DNA of 64,000 nucleotides, from assembly GCA_016186395.1 (NCBI GenBank), contig JACPLU010000003.1, positions 11,883 through 75,882 of the forward strand. The letters are read 5' to 3'. The DNA comes from Parcubacteria group bacterium (GTDB taxonomy: Bacteria > Patescibacteriota > Minisyncoccia > 2-02-FULL-40-12). Position 1 is the stretch's first letter. Every line of letters starts with the position of its first letter. The notes beneath the pieces are model-generated. The model saw only the letters and a program-made list of their open reading frames with translations. It searched no databases and was not told the DNA's origin. The position numbers and the translations under genes are program-made. This document shows, one piece after another, positions 28,012 through 36,776 of this stretch.

Positions 28012-29493
28012 ATGACAGAAAACAATATTTTGGACAAGATTTTTAAGGCCTATGATATAAGGGGAATTTATCCTGGAGAAATAAACGAAGGTATTGTTGC
28101 TAAAATTGCATATGCAATGGTTCAATTTTTAAAACCCAAAAAGATAGTTTTAGCTCAAGATGCCAGGGTTTCTTCTAAACCATTAGTTGAAAGTATTCAA
28201 AACTCTCTTGTTGGCCTTGGTGTAGATGTTATATTAATTGGTCAAACCACTACCCCTCTTTTTTATTTTGCCGTAAATGAGTTAAACGTTGACGGGGGAA
28301 TTATGGTTACAGCTTCCCATAACCCAAGGAAATTTAATGGTTTAAAGATGGTTAAAATGGGTGCGGTGGCTATTGGTGGAAATAACGGGTTAATGGAAAT
28401 AAAGCAGATTATAAAAGATGGGTTACCTGATATGTCTTATGAGCCGCCGGGGAAATTAGAAAAAAAAGATTTATCAGAAGAGTATATTGATTTTTTGATA
28501 ACTAATTCTTGGTTTAAATCTCTTAAAATTAACCAATATGGTGAGATAAGTTGGGAACCAAATCCATATACTTTTAAAGCCGTAGTTGATTCAGGTAATG
28601 GGATGGCTGGTTTTTTGTTGCCGCGACTTTTTGAAAAAATTAAATTTGAAATTACTCCACTTTTTTGGGAAATTGACGGTTCTTTTCCTAATCGTGATCC
28701 AGACCCGACTAAATTAGAAAATCTAAGTGCATTACAGAGTAAAGTTTTAAAAGAGGGGGCTGATTTAGGGGTAGCTTTTGACGGCGACGCTGATAGGATA
28801 ATGTTTTTGGATAGGTTTGGAAACTTTATAAGAACCGACTGTATTGGTTTACTCTTAGCCCAACAATTTAATTTACCGTTGGTTAAAGAAAGTAAATCAG
28901 CTAAAAGAATTGTTTATGATTTAACGATGTCTCATTCGATACCGGAGTTTTTAGATCAATGGGGGATTGCCTCTGTAAAATCAAGAGTCGGTCATCCGTT
29001 TTTAAAGCAAAAGATGCGTGAAACAGATGCAGATATGGCTGTAGAATTATCCGGACACTACTTTTGGAAGGAAATGAATTATGCTGAATCAACTCTTTTA
29101 ACTATGTTAAGAATTTTTTCAATCCTTGCTAAGACCCAAAAGCCGTTGGATCAATTAGTAAAACCGTTCCAGAAATATTACCATAGTGGAGAAATAAACT
29201 TTGAAATTGATAAATTAAATCAAGTCGAGATTTTTAATGAGTTAAAAATAAGATATAAAGACGCAAAGATAGATGATTTAGATGGTTTAACTTTTGATTA
29301 TTGGGACCTCTTGACCTCCTTCGATTTGACTCAGGACAGGCCGCTCGGGTCAAGTTGGTGGTTTAATGTTCGACCATCTAACACAGAACCAATACTGCGT
29401 TTAGTAGTAGAAGCAGGTACCGAAAGTTTAATGAAAGAAAAAATAGTTGAGATTCAAGAAATTATCAAAAAAACCCGTTTAAATGCGGGTTAA
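28012..29493 (+). CDS. alpha-D-phosphohexomutase (phosphoglucomutase/phosphomannomutase family)
   Basis: TASHNP active-site serine loop, FDGDADR metal-binding loop and GNGMAG. The start is set at MTENN. Confidence 0.85.
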   Translation: MTENNILDKIFKAYDIRGIYPGEINEGIVAKIAYAMVQFLKPKKIVLAQDARVSSKPLVESIQNSLVGLGVDVILIGQTTTPLFYFAVNELNVDGGIMVTASHNPRKFNGLKMVKMGAVAIGGNNGLMEIKQIIKDGLPDMSYEPPGKLEKKDLSEEYIDFLITNSWFKSLKINQYGEISWEPNPYTFKAVVDSGNGMAGFLLPRLFEKIKFEITPLFWEIDGSFPNRDPDPTKLENLSALQSKVLKEGADLGVAFDGDADRIMFLDRFGNFIRTDCIGLLLAQQFNLPLVKESKSAKRIVYDLTMSHSIPEFLDQWGIASVKSRVGHPFLKQKMRETDADMAVELSGHYFWKEMNYAESTLLTMLRIFSILAKTQKPLDQLVKPFQKYYHSGEINFEIDKLNQVEIFNELKIRYKDAKIDDLDGLTFDYWDLLTSFDLTQDRPLGSSWWFNVRPSNTEPILRLVVEAGTESLMKEKIVEIQEIIKKTRLNAG

Positions 29494-29496
29494 TTT

Positions 29497-29607
29497 CTAT
29501 TTTTTAATTTTCGGATAATTTTTGCTGATTCGCGAGAGCCAAACTCCGATTAATGGACCAACTATAGTTAAGATCAAAAACCAATAGCCGAGTATTTTAA
29601 AGATCAT
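29497..29607 (-). CDS. Unannotated 36-aa hydrophobic peptide, MIFKILGYWFLILTIVGPLIGVWLSRISKNYPKIKK
   Basis: RBS aaggagg 5 nt upstream of ATG (29605-29607, minus strand). One predicted TM helix with a basic C-terminus. Immediately downstream of trpS. Confidence 0.45.
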   Translation of the reverse strand: MIFKILGYWFLILTIVGPLIGVWLSRISKNYPKIKK

Positions 29608-29624
29608 TGGTTCCTCCTTTTGTG

Positions 29625-30602
29625 TTAAATTAGTCCCATTTTTTGTTTCACCTCTTTAAGAGTTTTGTTTGCAATAGCAGATGCTTTTTCTTCATGGTCG
29701 CGAAGTAGATCTTCAATTTTGTCCATATCTTTGGAAAGTTCATTGCGTTTTTGTTGAAATGGTTTGAGAAAATCTATTATAACTTCAGCTAAAATGTTTT
29801 TGAATTCTGCATAAGATTTACCATTGTATATATCCTTATCTTCGCCGTGTGATTTACCGTAGAGTAAGTGATAAATCATAATTAAATTTGAAATTGCCGG
29901 TTTATTTTCTGGGTGGTAGTATATCTCTTTTCCTGAGTCGGTAACGGCCTTTTTTATTTTAGCACGAACAGTATCTGGGTCATCAGAAAGAGCAATTCCT
30001 TCATCTCCAGTTTTGGACATTTTTTTAGCCGGGTCTTGAAGAGACATTATTCTAAGTCCTTCTTCAAGGTGGGGTTTTATCGCTGGAAATGTTTCGCCAA
30101 ACAAATGATTAAATTTTTTGGCAATTTCATTTGTTACATCTATGTGAGGAAGTTGATCTTCTCCAACTGGAACTAAATTGGATTTGTAAAGTAAAATATC
30201 GGATGCCATTAAAACAGGATAGTCAAGAAGACCAACATGATTATATTTTGGATTTTTTTCAAGTTGTTCTCTATAAGTTGGTAGTCTGTCAAGCCAGCTG
30301 ACTGATGTAATGGTATTAAAAATCCAAGCAAGTTCAGTATGGGCTGATACATGAGATTGCCGCATGAGGATTACTTTTTTTGGATCAAGTCCTGCGGCAA
30401 GATAATCCAAAACAGTATCCATTACTTGCTGATGATAGATTTTTGGATCAAATGGGGTAGTGATGCCATGATAATCCACCACGGCATAAACCGCTTGTTC
30501 TAAATCAGGGTGGTTTTGAAGTTCAATCCAATTTTTGATCGCCCCCAGATAGTTACCTAAATGTAATTTACCTGATGGGCGGATACCGCTAAAAATACGC
30601 AT
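29625..30602 (-). CDS. trpS: Tryptophan--tRNA ligase
   Basis: Class I aaRS with GKLHLGNYLGAI (HIGH-type) and KMSKT (KMSKS). Confidence 0.9.
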   Translation of the reverse strand: MRIFSGIRPSGKLHLGNYLGAIKNWIELQNHPDLEQAVYAVVDYHGITTPFDPKIYHQQVMDTVLDYLAAGLDPKKVILMRQSHVSAHTELAWIFNTITSVSWLDRLPTYREQLEKNPKYNHVGLLDYPVLMASDILLYKSNLVPVGEDQLPHIDVTNEIAKKFNHLFGETFPAIKPHLEEGLRIMSLQDPAKKMSKTGDEGIALSDDPDTVRAKIKKAVTDSGKEIYYHPENKPAISNLIMIYHLLYGKSHGEDKDIYNGKSYAEFKNILAEVIIDFLKPFQQKRNELSKDMDKIEDLLRDHEEKASAIANKTLKEVKQKMGLI

Positions 30603-30851
30603 AATTAAAAAGTTAAAAATTAAAACTCAAAATTACAAATGAAAAATCAAAAGTTATTTTTCTTATATTTATTATAGTATTTTCTGGGATAATTTACATT
30701 TGACAGAATTGTTTATTCTTTTTCGACAATGTGGAAGCGTGGCGGCTTGGTGTCGGGCTAAAAGCCTGACCGCCGCGCTGGAACGTTAGCGAGCATATCG
30801 CTGGAATATGCGAGCGTGTCGGAAAAGTATAAACGATTCTGGAAGTTAAAG

Positions 30852-32792
30852 TTATACCTCAATTATAACAGGAAGTACCATTGGTCTTCGTTGGGTTTTT
30901 TGGAAAAGGTGCTGACCAATTTTTTCTCTGATTTCTTCTTTGAGGTATGCCCAGTTAATCGGACCGCCGCGCATAGTTTTTTGTTCGATTATGGCACGAA
31001 CTTTTTTTCTAACCTCGTTTAACATGTCTACATTGTCTCTAAGATACACAAATCCACGAGAGATAATATCGGGGCTGGTTCTAATTTTTCCAGATCGGCC
31101 ATCAACCAAAGTTACAATAACAAACATGCCATCTTCAGAAAGCATTTGTCGATCGCGTAAGACGACTGACCCAACGTCACCAATTCCGAGGCCGTCCACC
31201 ATGATGTAGTTGGAGGGAGCAGTTTTTTTATCAATCCACCATTGATCAGGGGACAGATGAATAATTTGACCGTTGTCGGCAATGATAATGTTTTCTTCAG
31301 GAATACCTTGAGCTGTACCTAGTTGCCCTAAAGTGACCATCATTGAATATTGGCCATGGTGGGGCATGAGGAATTTTGGCCTTATTAATTTGATGATTTC
31401 AATTAAGTCATCTTGGTGTGCATGGCCACCAGCATGGATGTCCATCATTTGGTAGTGATAGACTCGAACACCACCTCGGTAGAGCATATCTTTCAGGTAT
31501 TGAACCGAGCGTTCGTTACCCGGAATGACTGAAGAGGAGAAGATAACTGTGTCGCCTTTTTGAACTTGAATACGGCGATGTTCACGGTTGACTATACGCA
31601 TCAGAGAAGCTTCTTCTTGGCCCATGGCGCCGGTTGCGATGACGGTTAAGCGATTGCGTGGGTAGTTGTTGATTTGGTCTTTGGATATCTCGGTGCCTTT
31701 GCCGATTTTAATATAGCCCATTTCTTTGGCAATTTCGATATTGGTTTTAACCGAGTAACCGTCAAACAGGACTTTGCGTTCGTATTTTTCGGAAAGCTGA
31801 ACTAACTGTTGCATACGATTAATCATTGAAGAGAATGTGCCAACAATGATAAGACCGGTGGCTTCTTTGAAAATAATTTCCATGTTTTCGTAGATGGTTT
31901 GTTCTGAAATGGAATGACCAGTTTTTTCCGCACTGGTTGAGTCACACATCAACATGTGGATGCCGCGGTCGCCAAAAGCACGGAGTTTGTCAAAGTCAAC
32001 CGGAACATCATTGAGTGGTGTCGGATCAAATTTGAAATCGGCCGTGTGTACAATGTTGCCTACGGGAGTTTCGATGAATACACCCAGGTCATCCGGGATA
32101 TTATGATTCATGTGGAAGAATTCCACTTTGAAATAGTCTCTCATTTGAACAATATCCCCATCTTTCACGACGTGGATTGGAAGTTTTGGGAGATGCGGAA
32201 ATTCGCTATGGCGTTTTAGAACGAAATTTTTAGTCAAAAGAGCAGTATAAATATCGGGATTGCCGAGTTTTTCTTGAAGATAGGGTATAGCTCCAATGTG
32301 GTCTAAGTGTCCGTGAGTTAGGATAAGACCACGGATATTTTTAATTCGGTCTTGCAAATAGCCGGTATTAGGAATAACAAAATCAATACCTGGCATATCT
32401 TCACCTGGGAACATGACCCCGGCATCAATAAGTATAATGTCGTCTTTATATTCGAGCATATACATGTTCTTGCCGATTTCCCCCAAGCCGCCAAGAGCAA
32501 TTACTTTGAGTGTGTTATCACTGTTGATCAGAGCTTGTCCGGAACTGGTCGAGGGGCCAAACTTGCCGGCTTGTATGCTAGTAGGAGGTAGGCGACGCTG
32601 GCTAGCAGGTTGTGATCGGTGTTGGTGGAATCGATTGCGCATTGTGCGCACGGTTTTCTTAGCCTGTGGAGCGGTGGTGGTTTCGGGTGTGCGAGAGCTT
32701 GGGTTGATAGGGGTGCGAGTGTCGCGACGTATGGGTCGCTGGCTGCGGGAACGGTTAAAGTTCGCCCGCGGAACTTTTGTAAATGGTGACAC
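30852..32792 (-). CDS. rnj: Ribonuclease J (beta-CASP metallo-beta-lactamase), with an Arg/Pro/Ser/Thr-rich N-terminal extension of about 100 aa
   Basis: HGHLDHIGA and beta-CASP motifs. The N-terminal extension is encoded by GC-rich DNA (about 32500-32792). Confidence 0.9.
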   Translation of the reverse strand: MSPFTKVPRANFNRSRSQRPIRRDTRTPINPSSRTPETTTAPQAKKTVRTMRNRFHQHRSQPASQRRLPPTSIQAGKFGPSTSSGQALINSDNTLKVIALGGLGEIGKNMYMLEYKDDIILIDAGVMFPGEDMPGIDFVIPNTGYLQDRIKNIRGLILTHGHLDHIGAIPYLQEKLGNPDIYTALLTKNFVLKRHSEFPHLPKLPIHVVKDGDIVQMRDYFKVEFFHMNHNIPDDLGVFIETPVGNIVHTADFKFDPTPLNDVPVDFDKLRAFGDRGIHMLMCDSTSAEKTGHSISEQTIYENMEIIFKEATGLIIVGTFSSMINRMQQLVQLSEKYERKVLFDGYSVKTNIEIAKEMGYIKIGKGTEISKDQINNYPRNRLTVIATGAMGQEEASLMRIVNREHRRIQVQKGDTVIFSSSVIPGNERSVQYLKDMLYRGGVRVYHYQMMDIHAGGHAHQDDLIEIIKLIRPKFLMPHHGQYSMMVTLGQLGTAQGIPEENIIIADNGQIIHLSPDQWWIDKKTAPSNYIMVDGLGIGDVGSVVLRDRQMLSEDGMFVIVTLVDGRSGKIRTSPDIISRGFVYLRDNVDMLNEVRKKVRAIIEQKTMRGGPINWAYLKEEIREKIGQHLFQKTQRRPMVLPVIIEV

Positions 32793-32880
32793 TTAATAAA
32801 AATCAAAAATCAAAAGGCAAAAGTCAAAAGTATGAATAAAGATCTTTTGATTTTTTGAAGTTTTTAGAGAAATTACTTAA

Positions 32881-32962
32881 TGCCGATGGTGGGATTTGAA
32901 CCCACAAGCCTTACGGCACATACTTCTGAAGTATGCATGTTTGCCAGTTTCATCACATCGGC
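32881..32962 (-). tRNA. tRNA-Leu (anticodon CAG)
   Basis: Cloverleaf: acceptor GCCGATG/CATCGGC, anticodon stem CATAC/GTATG with loop TTCAGAA, long variable arm GCCGTAAGGC, T-arm GTGGG TTCAAAT CCCAC. No encoded CCA. Confidence 0.8.
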
Positions 32963-32970
32963 CTCGGGCA

Positions 32971-33131
32971 CTGGCGGGCAGGTCTGTCAGCCTGCCCCGT
33001 ACCGAGCTTTGCTCTGGTGCGGGGTTCCGCCATCTGCCCGCCAGCGGAATGAGGATTAATCTGCCAACCTGCCCCGCACCGAACTTTGCTCTGGTGTGGG
33101 GTTCCGCCATGGGGGCAGGAGCTTTTTGGGT
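32971..33131. repeat. Tandem duplicated GC-rich structured element (2 units of about 45-75 bp) next to tRNA-Leu
   Basis: cctgccccgtaccgagctttgctctggtgcggggttccgccat and cctgccccgcaccgaactttgctctggtgtggggttccgccat. Unit 1 is closed by an 11-bp perfect stem, ctggcgggcag/ctgcccgccag. Unit 2 ends in a hairpin followed by agcttttt. Confidence 0.6.
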
Positions 33132-33179
33132 TAAAGCTCTTCCGAGAAAATGTTAAATGTGAGCCAAGTTTTTAGTAGG

Positions 33180-34184
33180 CTAAGCTGTTAATTTTTCTAA
33201 ATCTTTAAATCTATCCAAAAGTTCGTTATTACTCGGATCTTGTTTAGAGTTGATTGCCATAAAGTAACTGGTCCATATCGCAAGAGTATAATTAGTAAAA
33301 ATTTTCTGAATCACATTATCTCCTTCTAGGGTAATAACTTGATGGTTTATACTAAGATCGCTAAGTATTTTAACGGCGACATCTAATTTTTTTATTTGTT
33401 TTGGGTTCTCTTGGGGATCAGATAATAATATCGAATAAAAGTTTTTACTAGATTCAAATCCAACAATTTCGTTATGAGCAATACTTGGAAAGTGGTTCCA
33501 AAAAGAATGAGCCTTCGCGTTTTCATTGAAATTTATCTTCCATAATAGAGGCAGTGCCCGCCATTTATAAGAAGAATAAATGATTGGGGTAAGATTATTA
33601 ATTTGATTGGCTATATTTTTACCGGTTATCTCTAACTCTTCGGGTTTCAGTGTATTTTTAAGATCCAAGAGTTGCTTTAAAATGTTATTTTCTGGAAATT
33701 TAAGTATAGCAGAATCATTCAAGAAGGTCAATAGGGCAGAAAACATATAAGCGGTTCCAATCCGTGGCGGTATATTTTCCTGGGGTAGCAGTATAAAACC
33801 GAGAGAATTTTGAGCCAATTCTCTTAACTTTCCTCCTTTTGTTATAACAACTGTTTGAATGCCTTTTTCTATGGCAGATTTGTATGAGGAAATAGTTTCA
33901 TCGGTATTGCCGGACCAAGAAACACATATTACAAGATCATTTTTTGAGACCCAACTTGGCAGTTCGTAGTCGCGATGAATATAAAAATTATAATTCGGGG
34001 TTTGAGTAACTTCACAAAGAGTCATTAGGATTTCTGCGGGCATCATTGATCCACCCATTCCGCAAAGAACGATTTTATCAAATTTTTTTTGATCGAACTT
34101 AACACTTTTGGCAGATTCACTTCCTGTTTGAAATTGTTCCGGGATATTTAAAATTGTTTGGCGGAAGTCCGAATCGTGAATCAT
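33180..34184 (-). CDS. Bifunctional phosphoglucose/phosphomannose isomerase (SIS domain, archaeal-type PGI/PMI)
   Basis: CGMGGSMMPAEI SIS motif and about 330 aa size. Confidence 0.7.
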   Translation of the reverse strand: MIHDSDFRQTILNIPEQFQTGSESAKSVKFDQKKFDKIVLCGMGGSMMPAEILMTLCEVTQTPNYNFYIHRDYELPSWVSKNDLVICVSWSGNTDETISSYKSAIEKGIQTVVITKGGKLRELAQNSLGFILLPQENIPPRIGTAYMFSALLTFLNDSAILKFPENNILKQLLDLKNTLKPEELEITGKNIANQINNLTPIIYSSYKWRALPLLWKINFNENAKAHSFWNHFPSIAHNEIVGFESSKNFYSILLSDPQENPKQIKKLDVAVKILSDLSINHQVITLEGDNVIQKIFTNYTLAIWTSYFMAINSKQDPSNNELLDRFKDLEKLTA

Positions 34185-34262
34185 GAATCATGAAACATGA
34201 AACCTAAATCATGAAACATGAAACATCGTAATGTTCCATATTTCATGTTCAATGTTCCATGG
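34185..34262. repeat. (C)ATGAAAC heptamer tandem array abutting the PGI start codon
   Basis: gaatcatgaatcatgaaacatgaaacctaaatcatgaaacatgaaacatcg, plus inverted copies ttccatatttcatgttcaatgttccatgg. Confidence 0.7.
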
Positions 34263-34263
34263 C

Positions 34264-36060
34264 TTACCTTCTTACTCTTTTAGTTTCAATATACCATTTG
34301 TTTATGTTAGAAAATCTATCTGAAGGAATCCCAATAAGTTGGATGTCTAGACCCTGGACCTTTTTTGTTACTGGATACAGATAGGTTGGGCTGTATAGAA
34401 AGATTGCCGGTATATCTTCAGCGACTATTTTTTGGAAATTATCGTATTTTTGTTTACGAGCGTCTGGATCAAGAGTTTGTCGGGCTTCCTCTAAAAGTTT
34501 ATCAGCATCTTTGTTGTCATACAATGCCAGATTTAAACCAGGATCTTTTTTTTGAGAAGAATGCCAAAAACTGAATGGGTCAGGATCTATTGTTAAAACC
34601 TCCCCAAATAACATTATTTGATAGTCCCTATTTTTGATGTAGGTTTGTTGAAGTTCGTTTACCATCGCGCTTTGAATGTTCAATTTAACGCCGATGTTGG
34701 CCCATTGATTTTTTACTAGGTTAGCAACTTCTAACAGCTCGGACCAATTTGAAGTAATAAGATTTAATTCTAATTTTTCAGTTTTGGTTACATTACCTTT
34801 TTTGTCTTTTTCCTGTTTTTCACGTACTCCATCGTTGCCGATTTGCCATCCTGCATTGTCTAGAATCTGTTTTGCAAATTCTGGATTAAAGTCGTATTTT
34901 TTTATATCGCTATTGATTTTTAAAATTTCTGGAAGCATTGGAGAGTCAGCTGTTATAGCTTCACCGTCAAGAATATCATTTATAATTGCTTTTTTTTCTG
35001 TGCCGTAGCTTAAAGCAATACGGATGTTTTTGTCTGATAAGAGTTTGCTTTGGTTCGGGTTTAAAAATAATGCAAAATATCTCGGTAAATTAATTTGGTG
35101 CAATGTAAATCGTGACTGAAATTGCAGTTTTTTTAATCCTCGGTTTGAGACAAAACTTATTCCGTCAATTTCACCGTGTTTGTAAGCATCCAGTATTTCT
35201 TCCTCGGAAGCGTATGATTTGGTGACGAACTTTTGAATGTATGCTTTGCCACCGTGGTATTCTTTGTAAGCTTCCAGGTCGTATTCTATAATTTTGCCTG
35301 ATGAATCTTTTTTTAATTTAACAAATTTATATGGCCCGGTCCCTATGGGTCTTAAGTTGCTTTCAGTTCTGGCAAAGTTCATCGGTTTAATATCTGCCCA
35401 AACATGTTGAGGCAAAATGCCAATTTGAGTGTTAACAATAAATTGAGCGTATTTATTTTTTAAACTGAATCTGACAATATAATCATCAACTTTTTCTGCT
35501 TCTACTCCTTGCCAATTAATTCTTTGAGCGCTGTTAAAATCGGCATTCTGTATGGTGAAGATTGTAAATATTACATCGTCGGCGGTGAATGGTTTGCCAT
35601 CATGCCATTTAACATTTTTTTTCAAAAAGAATGTGTAGCTTAGGCCGTCGTTGGATAATTCATAGTGGCTGGCTAGATCGGGTATCAAGTTGCCCTTGCC
35701 GTCGTTTTTCATCAAGCCTGAATATAAAAGGGCGGTAAGATCTCTATCTGCATCCGAAGCCTCCAATACAGGATTAATGAATCTCGGTTCACCTAAAATT
35801 CCTTCTTTGTATGTACCTCCAAAATCGGGCGCCGCTTTTGTATAATGATAATAACTTGAAATAGGGATAGCTATTATTCCAGCAGCTGTTAAAAGAATAA
35901 ATAAAAATATTAAATAGCGTTCTTTTTTTGTTAGAACGTGAGGAAGGTTCTTTGTAAAAATATCAATACCAAAACGATTTTTCAGTCGTTTTAGAAGAGA
36001 ATCTTTATTAGTCTTTTCTTTTTTTGGGTTTGAGTTGTAAAAAAAATCTAGTTCGTCCAC
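34264..36060 (-). CDS. ABC transporter substrate-binding protein (family 5, peptide/nickel type), membrane-anchored
   Basis: 598 aa with an N-terminal TM anchor and an SBP_bac_5-like body. Confidence 0.75.
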   Translation of the reverse strand: MDELDFFYNSNPKKEKTNKDSLLKRLKNRFGIDIFTKNLPHVLTKKERYLIFLFILLTAAGIIAIPISSYYHYTKAAPDFGGTYKEGILGEPRFINPVLEASDADRDLTALLYSGLMKNDGKGNLIPDLASHYELSNDGLSYTFFLKKNVKWHDGKPFTADDVIFTIFTIQNADFNSAQRINWQGVEAEKVDDYIVRFSLKNKYAQFIVNTQIGILPQHVWADIKPMNFARTESNLRPIGTGPYKFVKLKKDSSGKIIEYDLEAYKEYHGGKAYIQKFVTKSYASEEEILDAYKHGEIDGISFVSNRGLKKLQFQSRFTLHQINLPRYFALFLNPNQSKLLSDKNIRIALSYGTEKKAIINDILDGEAITADSPMLPEILKINSDIKKYDFNPEFAKQILDNAGWQIGNDGVREKQEKDKKGNVTKTEKLELNLITSNWSELLEVANLVKNQWANIGVKLNIQSAMVNELQQTYIKNRDYQIMLFGEVLTIDPDPFSFWHSSQKKDPGLNLALYDNKDADKLLEEARQTLDPDARKQKYDNFQKIVAEDIPAIFLYSPTYLYPVTKKVQGLDIQLIGIPSDRFSNINKWYIETKRVRR

Positions 36061-36150
36061 TAATTTTAAACATGATCCGTCAGAGACTCGTTTCGCTCTC
36101 GTTAAAGAGAAAGGAAACGAGAATCGTATACGGTTATAACACGTATAAAT

Positions 36151-36366
36151 TTATAATAAGAGTCTGGCTATCGATACCCCAATAAAAAGTACCGTCAATA
36201 CGATACTTGAGATGAATATTGTTTTTTCAATTCCTCGGCGTGTACTGTAAAGACTACTTTCTCCGCCGAAAACCCCTGAAAGACCCCCGCCTCTTTGTTG
36301 AAGAAGAATAGCGGCTATTAAAAGAATTGAAATTATAATTTGGGCGATATTTAATGTTGTTGTCAT
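36151..36366 (-). CDS. secG: Preprotein translocase subunit SecG
   Basis: 71 aa, two TM helices, LLQQRGGGLSGVFGG glycine-rich motif. Confidence 0.75.
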   Translation of the reverse strand: MTTTLNIAQIIISILLIAAILLQQRGGGLSGVFGGESSLYSTRRGIEKTIFISSIVLTVLFIGVSIARLLL

Positions 36367-36371
36367 GTTTT

Positions 36372-36728
36372 CTATGCGACTATTTTATTTGTAATTCCTC
36401 CTAACACATTTGAGATTCCAATAATGATAGTGCTCCAAAATAATGCTTCAATTGTCTCAATAGTAAAGAAGTTAAATATATAGTCTGTGGTTAAAAGCAG
36501 GACAGCGTTTATGACAATTGAGAACAAACCAAGGGTTATGATTATCAGTGGGGCAGTAATTAATTTAATAATGGGTTTTACGACCAGATTTAAGATAGCC
36601 AAAACAACTCCAATAATCAAGTATTCTTTGATTCCTCCGTTTACTAAAAAACCGCTTACAAAGTAACTAGCAAGCCATAAGCCTGCTAAATTAGCTAGAA
36701 TTGAAACTATAAACCTAGTCATTTTCAA
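36372..36728 (-). CDS. Phage_holin_4_2-family 4-TM membrane protein
   Basis: 118 aa; LVKPIIKLITAPLIIITLGLFSIVINAVLLL matches the family core. Confidence 0.55.
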   Translation of the reverse strand: MKMTRFIVSILANLAGLWLASYFVSGFLVNGGIKEYLIIGVVLAILNLVVKPIIKLITAPLIIITLGLFSIVINAVLLLTTDYIFNFFTIETIEALFWSTIIIGISNVLGGITNKIVA

Positions 36729-36776
36729 GCCTATCTATATTAGCATGTCCTAACGGATGTGGGCTCTTGACAATAT

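Noticed and set aside
27919-28125. Extra 69 N-terminal residues of the 440-aa ychF ORF
   Set aside because: The YchF G1 motif starts at the internal Met (27918). The upstream extension overlaps the phosphohexomutase gene on the other strand.
32877-33156. ORFs 32877-33110 (minus) and 32896-33156 (plus)
   Set aside because: They overlap tRNA-Leu and the GC-rich structured repeats, and have no translation signals.
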